Below, in pieces: positions 33,141 to 44,100 of a stretch of 64,000 nt of DNA. Each line of letters begins with the position of its first letter. The first letter of the stretch is position 1. This DNA comes from a virus: IMG/VR virus record IMGVR_UViG_3300027141_000003, positions 1 to 64,000 of that record; one strand, 5' to 3'. The notes under the pieces are model-generated. The model had not been told where the DNA came from, searched no databases, and saw nothing but the letters and a program-made list of their open reading frames with translations. A program made the position numbers and the translations under genes.

Positions 33141-35693
33141 TTATTCCTGCAACAATTTCGATAAAGTTGGGTTAGTATGCCTGTACTCCATATCTGCAGG
33201 AATATTTAATAATTTAATCTTTATGTGATCTCCAAACTGTCTACTTTCCGATGTAATCAGATCTGAATAGTGGTTATACATTTGTTCAACAAATCCTGCT
33301 TGGTTAGGATCATCTAAAGCTAATACTGTAATGTTAACTTCACGATCATCTAGTGGGTCCAAATAATACAAATTAACCATTCCTGATCCTACATAACAAA
33401 CTATGTCTGATGCTGATCTGCAGATATTTATCTGTTCTTCTGGAGTAAAATCTTCCATGCATATAGCCTCAAAACCCTTCCTGCGATAAAAATTTTCAAT
33501 AGCTACTTCGCTAGGGTGTACTCTTTCGTAGTTTTTCCTAGAGAAATATATTTTTTTTCTTATATTTTTTTTATTTTTAAAAAATAACTCTATTTCATTT
33601 CTTGTATAAGTTATTGCATCTATTTCAGGTGCGCCAGTGCTTCTATGATAAATCCAAGTAGGAATATATTCTATTGAATTTAATTTAATGCTGGGGTTTA
33701 ACCATTTTTCACAATATGCTTTTTTAGAATCTAGAATTGTTTTGTCTAGTTCTAAAGTCGGAGCTACTGTTTCCATTTTTTCATAGAACACATATGACTT
33801 TTCAAATGTTAAATTGGTTCCTGCAAAACTTTTCTTGTCAAGGCATTCAAATTCTATGTCTAAAGCATCAAGCCAGAACTTTAAAGAGGCACACTCTTCT
33901 TCTCTGCTTGGAAGTATATTTAAATTTTTAAGGTCCATCCCAATAAAATTTTTATTTTTGTCAAGTTTGTGGTCTCCTAAAAGAATTACTTTAAAATCAG
34001 GGTCTATTTTTTTTAAGAAAAATAGTTTTGGAAGAACTTCTAAGTATATGTGATAAAATCTTGTAGTATAAACTATTAAAAAAACAGATTTTTCATTTTC
34101 TTTTTTAACGTAATCGTTGTCTATTGAAGTGATTACTGGGTTAAAAGAAGGATGCCTGTAGCCTTTTATTAAATTTAAGGCGTTGACAAATTTGCCCTCT
34201 TCATCCTGATCAAAAACTTCGTATTTAGCATTTTTGTAAGATATACAAATTTCTGAAGGAGTCATCCTAAATATATTTTCAACATAGGAGTCATTGTTTT
34301 TTGGCAAATTATCTGAGTTGTTAAAAAAATATTTATTTTTATCTTCAGGTTTAAATGATGGAAGGCTGCCCAGGACAAACTTTTCTAGATCCTCTGGGGT
34401 TCCAAGGCCACGCATCTCTTTTACCCTTGAATAAGATATAATCTTACCATCTCCTATTGCTTGGTTATAAACTGGAGCTACATAAAATTCATTATTAGTT
34501 TTTATTCCTTTTTCAATCATCATTTCAGCGTACTTTACAAAATCAGATCCAGACTTCCAGTAATATATGCCGCAAGTTGCTTCTTGGCCAACTACTATTT
34601 TTTCATGAACCTGCTTAACAAAATAATCTTTTATTTCTGCATATGACCATTTATTTTCATTAGATAAAAAGGTTAGTACGGATCCATCTATCCCTGATTG
34701 AATCCAGGAGTCCAATTCTTTTTTAGAATTCCATCTAACATACTGATCTGAATTAGCAATTATTAAATGGGAATCATTATTAATAAGATCTTTTGCCAAA
34801 AGAGATGATAGTGCAGCTCCATCCAACTTGTTATCCTGTGGAATAATAGTAAAATCTTTACAGAATTCGCTTATATGTTTTTGTAAATTAAATTCTTCTA
34901 TATGCTCTGATTTTGCAATAAAAATATAATGGGCGTCTAAATCTATAGAGTCGTAAACTAAATTAATCATTGATTTCCCATGAATTTCAATCAAGGGCTT
35001 CGGTATAGCATATCCCGCTTCAGTAAATCTAGAGCCTTCACCAGCCATTGGGATAAGAACATTTATTTTTTTTCTTTTTGGGTTTAAATATTCTAAAACA
35101 AGTTTAGATGTCAAATCAATTCTGCTGTTAATACTTGCTAATGTAGCACCACTTGCTAAGGCTGCAGTGCGCCCAATCAAGCTGTCCTCAAAAATAACAG
35201 TGCTCCATTTATCACTACCTAATTCATCCATACACCTCAAATATATTTCTGGACTAGGCTTTGGGTAAGCAACATCTTGATTTCCTAAATAAAAATTTAC
35301 TTCATTGTAAATGCCTAAAGATTTAAGGCAGGTCTCAACCGTGTCTCTAATACAGTTACTTGCTACGGCAATATCTACACCGTAGGATTTAATCATTTTA
35401 AATATTTGAATTAGTTCATCGTCTTCAGGCAAATCTTGAAAAAACTGAATTGATTTTTTTTGTTTTAGACCCCATATTTTTTCATGATCTTCTTCTGGTA
35501 GACCACGAGTTTCGCTTAATATTTTTAGTTTTTGATTTGTACTTAATCCTTCAAAAATTTGTGCATGATCTTCTTCTGATATAACATATTTTTCATCTAT
35601 CTCTTTTAGGGCAAGGTTTAATGAATCAAAATGTATTTGTTTGCTGTCTACAAGAACGCCATCTAAATCAAATACGAAAAGCCTGTTGCTCAT
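33141..35693 (-). CDS. fusion: HAD phosphatase + sugar nucleotidyltransferase-like + GT61 glycosyltransferase
   Basis: FDLDGVL...KPSP...FEDS; IPMAGEGSRF...PKP...LGTPEDL; YHIYLEVLPK...IYFSR...EQI...GSGMVN. Confidence 0.8.
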   Translation of the reverse strand: MSNRLFVFDLDGVLVDSKQIHFDSLNLALKEIDEKYVISEEDHAQIFEGLSTNQKLKILSETRGLPEEDHEKIWGLKQKKSIQFFQDLPEDDELIQIFKMIKSYGVDIAVASNCIRDTVETCLKSLGIYNEVNFYLGNQDVAYPKPSPEIYLRCMDELGSDKWSTVIFEDSLIGRTAALASGATLASINSRIDLTSKLVLEYLNPKRKKINVLIPMAGEGSRFTEAGYAIPKPLIEIHGKSMINLVYDSIDLDAHYIFIAKSEHIEEFNLQKHISEFCKDFTIIPQDNKLDGAALSSLLAKDLINNDSHLIIANSDQYVRWNSKKELDSWIQSGIDGSVLTFLSNENKWSYAEIKDYFVKQVHEKIVVGQEATCGIYYWKSGSDFVKYAEMMIEKGIKTNNEFYVAPVYNQAIGDGKIISYSRVKEMRGLGTPEDLEKFVLGSLPSFKPEDKNKYFFNNSDNLPKNNDSYVENIFRMTPSEICISYKNAKYEVFDQDEEGKFVNALNLIKGYRHPSFNPVITSIDNDYVKKENEKSVFLIVYTTRFYHIYLEVLPKLFFLKKIDPDFKVILLGDHKLDKNKNFIGMDLKNLNILPSREEECASLKFWLDALDIEFECLDKKSFAGTNLTFEKSYVFYEKMETVAPTLELDKTILDSKKAYCEKWLNPSIKLNSIEYIPTWIYHRSTGAPEIDAITYTRNEIELFFKNKKNIRKKIYFSRKNYERVHPSEVAIENFYRRKGFEAICMEDFTPEEQINICRSASDIVCYVGSGMVNLYYLDPLDDREVNITVLALDDPNQAGFVEQMYNHYSDLITSESRQFGDHIKIKLLNIPADMEYRHTNPTLSKLLQE

Positions 35694-36238
35694 GACACTT
35701 CCGTTTCTATGACATCCGCCTCTATAAATACTGGCTCTACTATGCCAGTAACCTGAGACAATCTTTTTGCTACATCCATTTTACATTTTGAGCAGCTTGC
35801 GGTAACCTCTTTTAGTATTTTGACAAGTATGTCTTGCTTTCTTTCTGTCTCTGCAATCTGGTTAGCTAGCTCAGCGTTATCCAGCAATCCTATTTCTTGC
35901 AGCATGCCGATTCTTTTTCCTTCAATATCTGCAATAAGCTTTAATGCTGTTGATTTAACATTTAGTTGTCCTTGTGCGTCTGCATCTTCTACTGTTTTCC
36001 AGGCTTCTTTAATAAGCATTGCGTAATGACGGTCTGCCCCAGAGATAGCCTCTTTTGCCCTGTCACGGGCCGCTGTGTCGTTGTGGACAACACTCTTCCA
36101 CTCTTCTACTAGCTCAACTACTTCGGCTCTTTTAAAGCCTGTAATGGTTGCTATTTGGGTGGGGTTGTTTCCTTTAAGTAATTCTGATACAACGGTATTC
36201 ATACGGTCAAAATGATTAGTTAACTCTATCTCAGACAT
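35690..36238 (-). CDS. putative terminase small subunit (HTH plus helical domain)
   Basis: N-terminal HTH; position upstream of TerL. Confidence 0.55.
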   Translation of the reverse strand: MSEIELTNHFDRMNTVVSELLKGNNPTQIATITGFKRAEVVELVEEWKSVVHNDTAARDRAKEAISGADRHYAMLIKEAWKTVEDADAQGQLNVKSTALKLIADIEGKRIGMLQEIGLLDNAELANQIAETERKQDILVKILKEVTASCSKCKMDVAKRLSQVTGIVEPVFIEADVIETEVS

Positions 36239-36254
36239 ATACTAGAGTATACTC

Positions 36255-36596
36255 TCAGTCGACTGAAAGTGCAACTTTGTTGGCTATTTTAAGCAATATT
36301 AGGTAGCCAATTAAATCATCAATATCATTGTCTCCTGGAAATGCCTGATCATTTTGAATCCTATTTAGCTTATCATCAATTCTTACACGGATCTGCTCTG
36401 TTGAATCCGCCTTTGAAAATATACGGATTGGCTCTAGCGCAGAGTTTCCGTATGATATATTCTTTTCAATTAACATTCCTGCTATTTCAAGGCACTCTGT
36501 AATAATCTTTTGACCAGATGGTGCCTTTGTTGCTATTAGCTGTAAGTCTGTAACCCACATCTGATAGCCTTTATCTTTTTCTGGATATCCCGCCAT
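36255..36596 (-). CDS. nucleotide-modification-associated domain (DUF1599/Nmad1-like) protein
   Basis: EKNISYGNS...RIDDKLNRI...DLIGY. Confidence 0.7.
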   Translation of the reverse strand: MAGYPEKDKGYQMWVTDLQLIATKAPSGQKIITECLEIAGMLIEKNISYGNSALEPIRIFSKADSTEQIRVRIDDKLNRIQNDQAFPGDNDIDDLIGYLILLKIANKVALSVD

Positions 36597-36601
36597 TATG
36601 T

Positions 36602-37147
36602 TTACCTCTTATTTAGTGTTGCAATAAAATGATCATCAATAGGGCTATTGGGATCTCTTGAATATTCTATCGTATCAATTATAAAATATTTTTCTACAAT
36701 TGGCAATACCTGTGAAGCTGAATGATCAATCCATGTTCTGCTATGAAGAACTAATCTGTCCACTATCTGAGACAAGTCATTTAGGTATGAATCTAACTCT
36801 GAATCTTCAATATGCTGAAATACAAGACTTGCCAGTACTATATCAAATTTAAATTCTTTAACATACTCCCAGTCTGTTGTATATGATATGTTACTTAGTT
36901 TATTTTCTTGTGGAACTAAATCAATCATGCTGGGAAGATCAAAGGATATTACCTTGCCGTATGTCTCTGCAAGTGCTACCGAGTTTCTTCCAACACCACA
37001 ACCAAAGTCTAGAGCAATAGATCCGTTTCCAAATAAAGACTTAACTTCATTGTACACTGGCATGTCTTTAAACGGACCAACATATCCAGTAAGAATAAGG
37101 TCTCCAGCAGTTTCTTCGTTAGCCTCTAACCATATGTCCTTGCTCAT
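36602..37147 (-). CDS. class I SAM-dependent methyltransferase
   Basis: LDFGCGVGR; FDIVLASLVFQHI. Confidence 0.85.
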   Translation of the reverse strand: MSKDIWLEANEETAGDLILTGYVGPFKDMPVYNEVKSLFGNGSIALDFGCGVGRNSVALAETYGKVISFDLPSMIDLVPQENKLSNISYTTDWEYVKEFKFDIVLASLVFQHIEDSELDSYLNDLSQIVDRLVLHSRTWIDHSASQVLPIVEKYFIIDTIEYSRDPNSPIDDHFIATLNKR

Positions 37148-37290
37148 CGTTTTTTAACCAACCCAAACTTGTCTAATGCTCTCTGTATAGTCATAGCAGA
37201 AACCTTACACTCTTCGGCAATTTCAGTTACCGTTTTCTTTTGAACAACATATCTTCTATACATCCAGGTCTGGCTTTGATATAGTTTCAT
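37144..37290 (-). CDS. small HTH DNA-binding protein
   Basis: KTVTEIAEECKVSAMTIQRAL, translated by hand. Confidence 0.65.
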   Translation of the reverse strand: MKLYQSQTWMYRRYVVQKKTVTEIAEECKVSAMTIQRALDKFGLVKKR

Positions 37291-37853
37291 CGTTCTGTCA
37301 ACACCTTATTGGCATAGTGAGCAATTCCAAATGAATCTGCCACATCAAAATCGTTTACCACAATATTATACTTATCATTAAAATAATTTGCAGTTCTTTG
37401 TTTACGCATATTGCGTAGTTGATTTTTATACCAGGAGTCTGCATATCCTGGGTTTGCTAATCTTATTGCAGACTTTTCATCCTTTGTCGGATTTTTGTTG
37501 CCAATGTACGCCTGCCACGAGGATGGACTAATAGTAATAACCTTAGCACCAGTAGACATAAGCTCAGCAATAACAACTCCATAGACATAAGACAATTTTA
37601 TCACAGCATCGGGGGATCTGACAAGTATGGCACCCTCTACTGCTATATAGTCACTCTCCAATTCATTTAGCATAGCATGCATTTTAACCTTAGCATCATA
37701 TATTTTTTCATAAATGTCGGCACCGCTAAGTTCTATTTTGCCCCATTTAATCGGGACATTATTCTCCATGAGGCAAAAAGCTATCGAGTTTGTTGAGGCA
37801 TCTATACCTAAAACCCTATTAGCTTTAGTTTTTATTAGCTCAGCTAATTTCAT
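37287..37853 (-). CDS. ruvC: RuvC-like Holliday junction resolvase
   Basis: VLGIDAS, IAVE and DVADSFGIA. Confidence 0.82.
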   Translation of the reverse strand: MKLAELIKTKANRVLGIDASTNSIAFCLMENNVPIKWGKIELSGADIYEKIYDAKVKMHAMLNELESDYIAVEGAILVRSPDAVIKLSYVYGVVIAELMSTGAKVITISPSSWQAYIGNKNPTKDEKSAIRLANPGYADSWYKNQLRNMRKQRTANYFNDKYNIVVNDFDVADSFGIAHYANKVLTER

Positions 37854-38118
37854 TTATTCTATCCAATATGCTAGATCTTTTGCCGACATCTGTCTTTTTT
37901 TGACATGAAGCACACAAAAGAGTGTCATTGTATCTGCTTAGCTGAAAACCACATTTTTTACAACCACGGTCCGCACCTTGCCTAATAGCTTTTTTCTCAT
38001 AATACTTTTCCATAATGCGTCTGTTTGTAGCAACTCTGCAGCATTCATCGTTATGATACTTTTGGTTATGTGTTTTAGGCTCAAACTCTATGCCGCATTC
38101 TTTATTAGAGCATATCAT
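37840..38118 (-). CDS. Cys-rich zinc-finger protein
   Basis: Multiple CxxC motifs. Confidence 0.7.
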   Translation of the reverse strand: MICSNKECGIEFEPKTHNQKYHNDECCRVATNRRIMEKYYEKKAIRQGADRGCKKCGFQLSRYNDTLLCASCQKKTDVGKRSSILDRINEIS

Positions 38119-38906
38119 TATTTTGGTATCTCAAACAATTCTATTTGAACTGTTCCTGTTGGAGTTTCTTTTGAGTAGCACTCTTTCTTTACTGGACAGT
38201 ATGTGCAGGGAAGTTTGTACTTAGACGCTCCCGCTGGCTTCATTGGAAGATCTCCGTCTTTAAAGTTGTCCCACACTTCCATCATCCAAGTAAATGTGTC
38301 TTCAATTATCTTAGTATTTTTTTCGTTCATTGAAATTGGAATAACTATAATCTCTTGAGTATTTTTATTCTCGTATAAAAAGAATCCTTCTTTTGCTTTT
38401 TTTAATTTCATATAAGTTAAAAGCTGAAGCATATGATTTGGTGTTGGCTTCATCTCAGATTGACGAACATCCCAAACTTCTTGTTTAGCAGTTTTAATTT
38501 CACCAATTACTGTTTCACCATCGTATTCCATAATTAGATCTATAAAGCCACGAATAGGAGGGTATTCATTAACAATTTCCTCTTCCTCTGCTTTCCATTC
38601 TGGCATAGTTTTAATTAAATTTTGTAATCTCTCGTGAGCCTGTGTTCCTTGTGCCATATTAGCAACCGCAACGGCATCGTTGTCATCAATAAACATTGCC
38701 CCGCTAAATGCCATATACCAATATCTAGGGCAAGTTCCATGGCCATACCCTAAAGAGCTAGGACTAAATGACTTCTTGGTCATGTCTCCATCAGGACGCT
38801 TTGTATTTCTGTATGCTTCATCAAGCAGTGTGGCAAACTTTTCTGGATCAAAAAACTTTCCTGTATGCTTTTTAAATTTAAGATTCTTTACTATGTCTCT
38901 GCCCAT
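38118..38906 (-). CDS. Cas4-like PD-(D/E)XK exonuclease
   Basis: CPRYW, GTQAH, IDL...EIKT, QLLTY and CTYCPVKKEC. Confidence 0.85.
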   Translation of the reverse strand: MGRDIVKNLKFKKHTGKFFDPEKFATLLDEAYRNTKRPDGDMTKKSFSPSSLGYGHGTCPRYWYMAFSGAMFIDDNDAVAVANMAQGTQAHERLQNLIKTMPEWKAEEEEIVNEYPPIRGFIDLIMEYDGETVIGEIKTAKQEVWDVRQSEMKPTPNHMLQLLTYMKLKKAKEGFFLYENKNTQEIIVIPISMNEKNTKIIEDTFTWMMEVWDNFKDGDLPMKPAGASKYKLPCTYCPVKKECYSKETPTGTVQIELFEIPK

Positions 38907-39244
38907 TATGAATTATACCTAACGACATACTTAAGTGCATCTACAAGTTTGTCTATGGACTCCTTTAGTGAGTAATAAACATTCTTTTTATTGTTATTTG
39001 TGGTTCCAGCTTTATCTTTTGCAATGGTTGAATAGTACGAAGCCATAACAGCAAACTTTGTTGACATTGCCTGTAACTCCATAATAAGCATAGGGGATTT
39101 AGCGGACGGAACATCTGGATTTAATAATAGCTTTACTACAATAGCCAAGGCCTTATCTAGGTGTTCATCCTTCATAAACTCGTGTAGATCATTAAACTCT
39201 GTGATCTGACTTATTAATTCAAGGGTGTTTTTATCTTCCGCCAT
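38906..39244 (-). CDS. hypothetical helical protein
   Basis: Coupled ORF. Confidence 0.7.
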   Translation of the reverse strand: MAEDKNTLELISQITEFNDLHEFMKDEHLDKALAIVVKLLLNPDVPSAKSPMLIMELQAMSTKFAVMASYYSTIAKDKAGTTNNNKKNVYYSLKESIDKLVDALKYVVRYNS

Positions 39245-39443
39245 TTTTAATCTTCCTATCCCATCTATCTATAAACAGGCCTAGCCCGTAACCAATTACA
39301 AAACAAACTAATGAGCTTAGTAGAATAGCGGTCACTTTTTTACCTGCTTGTGTTTTGGTGTGTATGGACCAACTACTGATTTTATTGTGCCGTCTTTGCG
39401 AATCTTTATAATCATACCGTTTTTAATAATAGTATCATTAAAC

Positions 39444-39761
39444 CTACGCTTGTTCGCCATTGTTATCCTCCCAAAACTGGATCAGCTCTTCTAAAACTGC
39501 CCATTCAATAATTCCAAGTCGTACCTTAGAATCTTTTCCTATAATAATTTTTAATGCTGGGTGCATATCTCTATTTACTTTAAATGTGTCTGTGCAAATT
39601 TTTGCCCAGTTATCTTTATTTAAATTAAATGATGACCCTGCTTCTTTATAATCAACAAGAAACTGTTTCCATTGAGCATCACCCTTTTGATAGTCTCCAC
39701 GTCCGCTATTCTTTTGGGCCCTAGCCCTGTCTCTTTTTACTTCTGATCTTTCAGACATCAA
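39444..39761 (-). CDS. PD-(D/E)XK endonuclease (resolvase-like)
   Basis: NSGRG..KGD...VDYK. Confidence 0.65.
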   Translation of the reverse strand: MMSERSEVKRDRARAQKNSGRGDYQKGDAQWKQFLVDYKEAGSSFNLNKDNWAKICTDTFKVNRDMHPALKIIIGKDSKVRLGIIEWAVLEELIQFWEDNNGEQA

Positions 39762-39929
39762 TTAACCTTGAATGAATTCTTGTGCCCATCTGGACACTCC
39801 CAAGTCATTGTCAATAAAGATGCATTCCAAAAATATTCGTCTGCATCTTTATCGCACTGGGAGCAAGGCTTCTTCCCACCAATCTTTTCCAGTTCTGGAG
39901 GATAAATTTTTTCTGAGTATATAAACTCA

Positions 39930-40934
39930 TTAAGATTTGGCATTAATTGCCTCACGAAGTTCATCCACAACCTTCGGATTGTCTTTAAGATATTGAACTG
40001 CTTTAGCTCTACCTTGAAGTCTTTCTCCATTTACTGTATACCATGCTCCACCCTTTTCTACAACACCACACATTTCTGCAACGTCTAGAGTTTCGCCTAC
40101 ACCATCTACACCAAGAGTTTCCCCTTGGTAATAAAAGTCGTACTGTCCCGATAGATTTGGGGGACCGAGTTTGTTGTAATCAATAATCCAGTTAACTGGC
40201 CTGCCAACTCTTTGTTCAATGATCTTGTCGCCAACTTTAACGCCAGCCTTAATAGCATTCGCCTCAGCCTCAGACGACCAGAGCTTAATGACCGTGGAAG
40301 AAAAGAACTTGACTGCCATGCCACCTGTGGGGATGTGACTAGCATGCATAGATCCAAACTGATTTCGCTGTTGTGAGATGAGTACAAGTAGTGTGTTTTT
40401 GTTTGCATAGTTTAACATCTTGACTGCGTGGGTCATATCCTTTGCTTCAGCGCCGATCTGCTTAGTGTCTTGCAGATCTTTCATTTCATTTCCATCTTTT
40501 TCAAAATAAATTCCTGGCAATAATGCAGATATAGAATCGACAACGATCATATCTACTCCAGCCTCCATAAGTTTTACTCCAACATCAACCATATCGTTAA
40601 CTGTTTTTGCCGAAGAATAAATTAACTTAGATGAGTCTACGCCTAAAGACTCTGCCCATGCCTGATCGTAAGAAGCTTCAGAATCAATCCATGCACAAGT
40701 TTTGCCTTCTTTCTGGGCAATTGCTATCATCTGCAAACAAAAAGAAGATTTCCCAGCAGACTTATTACCCCATACAAGGACCTGTCTGCCATAACCTAGG
40801 CCCCCACGAAGAGCCATGTTTAATCCAATGCTTGGGGTCTTTTGTTTTTCAACAACAACATTTTGTGCTGACTGAACTCTTGCTCTTGTTTTTGGATCTA
40901 GTTTTGCTAGTATATCGTCTAGTGAAATTTTCAT
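39930..40934 (-). CDS. recA: RecA recombinase
   Basis: GNKSAGKS, IDSE, VVDSIS, ISQQR, TGGMAVKF and KGGAWY. Confidence 0.93.
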   Translation of the reverse strand: MKISLDDILAKLDPKTRARVQSAQNVVVEKQKTPSIGLNMALRGGLGYGRQVLVWGNKSAGKSSFCLQMIAIAQKEGKTCAWIDSEASYDQAWAESLGVDSSKLIYSSAKTVNDMVDVGVKLMEAGVDMIVVDSISALLPGIYFEKDGNEMKDLQDTKQIGAEAKDMTHAVKMLNYANKNTLLVLISQQRNQFGSMHASHIPTGGMAVKFFSSTVIKLWSSEAEANAIKAGVKVGDKIIEQRVGRPVNWIIDYNKLGPPNLSGQYDFYYQGETLGVDGVGETLDVAEMCGVVEKGGAWYTVNGERLQGRAKAVQYLKDNPKVVDELREAINAKS

Positions 40935-41170
40935 TATTGCTCTATTCTCTCTTCATCTATTGTAGCATTTAAATTAGTTTTTGTCTCTCTTAAACTAAAT
41001 GTAAATGATGGGTCCTTTTCATCATAGTCAATAACTAATTCTTTTTCTGAATTTCCCGCATCTAAAAATCTTAAAGTAGGAACTGTTAATTTGCCGTACT
41101 CTTCTAGAATGGCAACCAAAACCTGATTGATACTTATAGATGTTACTAGACCTTCGATATCGTCTGTCAC
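40934..41170 (-). CDS. hypothetical protein
   Basis: Coupled ORF. Confidence 0.6.
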   Translation of the reverse strand: MTDDIEGLVTSISINQVLVAILEEYGKLTVPTLRFLDAGNSEKELVIDYDEKDPSFTFSLRETKTNLNATIDEERIEQ

Positions 41171-44100
41171 TTTATCTCCTTTACCATTAAAGTACCGTCG
41201 TCTAGTTTAGATAAAACTACCTGACATACCATACCCTCACGCATTTTTGCTAGGGCAATTTTATACATACTAGAGAAAACAATAGCTCTAGTTAAATTCT
41301 TATCTTTATCTGACATTACTATATGAGCCATAGTCTTCCCAGCCTTTGTCTTATATGGAGTAAAGTCTACTACGAAGTATTGATTCTCTTCAAGGTCGTA
41401 TTCTTTTCGATACAGGAAGTCTACAAAAGAATCTTTAGACTGCGGATTAATATCTTGAACCTTTACATATCTTGCAATTCTATTATCTCCTACTAATATA
41501 AAATACATTTGATTAGTTTCAATTGGAGTCTGCTCATTATGAAATAGACCAATAGATCCTGTCTCATCTACCAATTCAATTCTTGCCCATCCATTTCCTC
41601 TTTTAATTGACTTTGCCATTCCAAACATTACAAAGGAACCTAAATCATCAAACTCTTCAATTGGTTTTGCTTGCGCTTTAATCCTTGGCGGTATTCCTTC
41701 AAGGTTAAACGTAGGGATACCCAAGTATTCATAGTAAGATTCTTTTTCTTTACCGCTACGTGGATTGTCTTCAAATGCCGCTCCGCCAATTGAATTTAAT
41801 GCAGCAACTGCCCGACTATTAATCCCGCTTCCCTTTGCAGAAGCTTTCTGTATAAAATCGGTGTAACTATCATAAGGCCTTTTGCTTATAATTTTATTTG
41901 CAATGCTATCTGAAATAAACTTTATCTCTGCTAATCCAAACTGAATCCTATCTTCCTTTAAAGAAAAATACAATTCAGACTCATTAATGTGAGGAAGAGA
42001 TACTCTCAGACCCAGTCTTTTTGCTTCAATTAAATATCCCGTTCTAGCATCTTTGTCGTTTTCGTTTTTAAGGATGGAGAACATGAATTCCAGTGGGTAA
42101 TAAGTTTTGAGCCAAGCAGTATAATAAGAAAGCATAGAGTAAGCAACAGCGTGGGAACGATTGAACGAATACCCAGCATGCGCCTCAAATGTGTGCCAAA
42201 GTGTTTCTGCTTGCTTCTTAGAAATATGTTTTGAAGCACCTTCAATAAACCTATCTTTAAACTCATCAAATTCTTTTGCATCCTTTTTCTTTCCAATAAT
42301 TTTACGAACTTTATCAGCTTCTGACCAAGTCATACCTCCCAAGTGTACGCAAGCCTGCATAACCTGTTCCTGATAAATAATAACCCCATATGTATTTTCT
42401 GTAAAAGGCTTCATAATTGGGTGAATAAATTGAACTGCTTCATCTCCGTGCTTACGTTTAATATAAGAGGCGCCTACAGTATTCATGGCTCCAGGTCGAA
42501 CCAATGCGTTAGATGCAGCCAAGTCTTCAAACTTATCTACACCCATCTTAATTAAAAGATTAGTGTAAGGGGTTGCTTCTGCTTGGAATACACCTTTTGT
42601 ATATCCCTCGCTTAAAGTTTTATAAACAGACGGGTCATCTAAAGTAAGCTTTGCAAGATCTATATCTTTACCGTGACGATCTTTAATAGACTTTACAGTA
42701 TCAGAAATTACAGACAAAGTTTTTAATCCCAAAGCATCTAGCTTAATAAGACCAATGTCCGCAATTGTATCCATATCGTATGCCACAACTGGAATTCTTC
42801 CAGAAACCTCATCGTTTGCGTCTGCTCTAGATTCAACTGGAGCATATTTTCTTAAATCATCTTTAGCAACAACTACACCAGCAGCATGCACTCCAACTGA
42901 CCGAATCTTGCCACGTAATCTATCAGCCAACCAAAATACCTCTGGATACTTTGTTCTAAATTCTTTTGTGTTGGGAGAACTTACAAAGTCCTCGAACGTG
43001 TCGATTGATTTTAATGCACGGTTTACTTCTGAAAGTGGAACCATAAACACACGAGCAGCATCTCTAATTCCACCCTTATCTTTGAAATAAGTGTATGTAG
43101 AAATAGAAGCAACAAACTTAAACTTCTTCTTTAAATAATCTTTAACCTCTTTACGACGACGATCTTCAAAGTCGGTATCAATATCTGGGAAGTCATTGCG
43201 CTCAGGGTTAATAAATCGGAAGAAGAGCAAGTCATATTTAATTGGGTCTACGCTTGTAATCCCTAACGAATAGCATACCAGGGAGCCAGCTGCCGAGCCT
43301 CGGCCTGGGCCAACCATAATATTATTTTCTTTTGCCCAGTTAACCATATCGGCTACAACCAAGAAATATGAGGCAAAAGACTTATCTTTAATTATAGATA
43401 ACTCTTCCTGAATTCTGTCATAATAGACCTTGTCTTCTAGCAGACCTAGCCTTTTAAGGCCTTCTAGGGCCATCTCAGACAGTTTCTGGTCGGCATTGGT
43501 CTTAGGGACTGGCAGGAGGTCTAGACCCCTGTTAAAGTCGTATTCCTCAATTTTTTTGGATATATCCATAGTATTTTCATAAATATCTTTTCTAGAAATA
43601 CCAACCAGATTAAAATCATTTTCTATTTCTTCTCTGGATTGAACCCACAAATTCTGTCCCTCAAAGGTCATTTTCCTATCAGGATATAAATAATTTAATC
43701 TTTCTTTTATGTCTTTAATTTCTTTAGACATTTCAAAATCTGCATCCTTGCTAGATTTAGGAGAGGTGGATAAGACTAACATTGCTTCTACAAGAACTTT
43801 GTCTTCTTCGTGGGCAAAGTGGCAGTCCCCAGTTGCTGCTGGTTTAATATTTAATTTATCTGCTAACTCTAATAGTTTTGCATTTAGCTCTGGTGGATTA
43901 TGAGCTTGAACTTCTATATAAAAATCATTGCCAAAAACTTCTTTAAACTTTGTAAATACAGATTCTGCTTCTTCAAAATTATTTTTTTCAATTAGCTTAG
44001 ACATTAATCCGTTCATGCACCCAGACAAGGCTATCACGCCTTCGCTATATTTAAATAAAATCTCTCTATCAATTCTAGGCTTGTGGTAAAACCCTTCGTT

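Noticed and set aside
38118-38906. Cas4-like gene as part of a CRISPR-Cas system
   Set aside because: No other cas genes or array; it sits in the recombination module as a typical stand-alone phage exonuclease.
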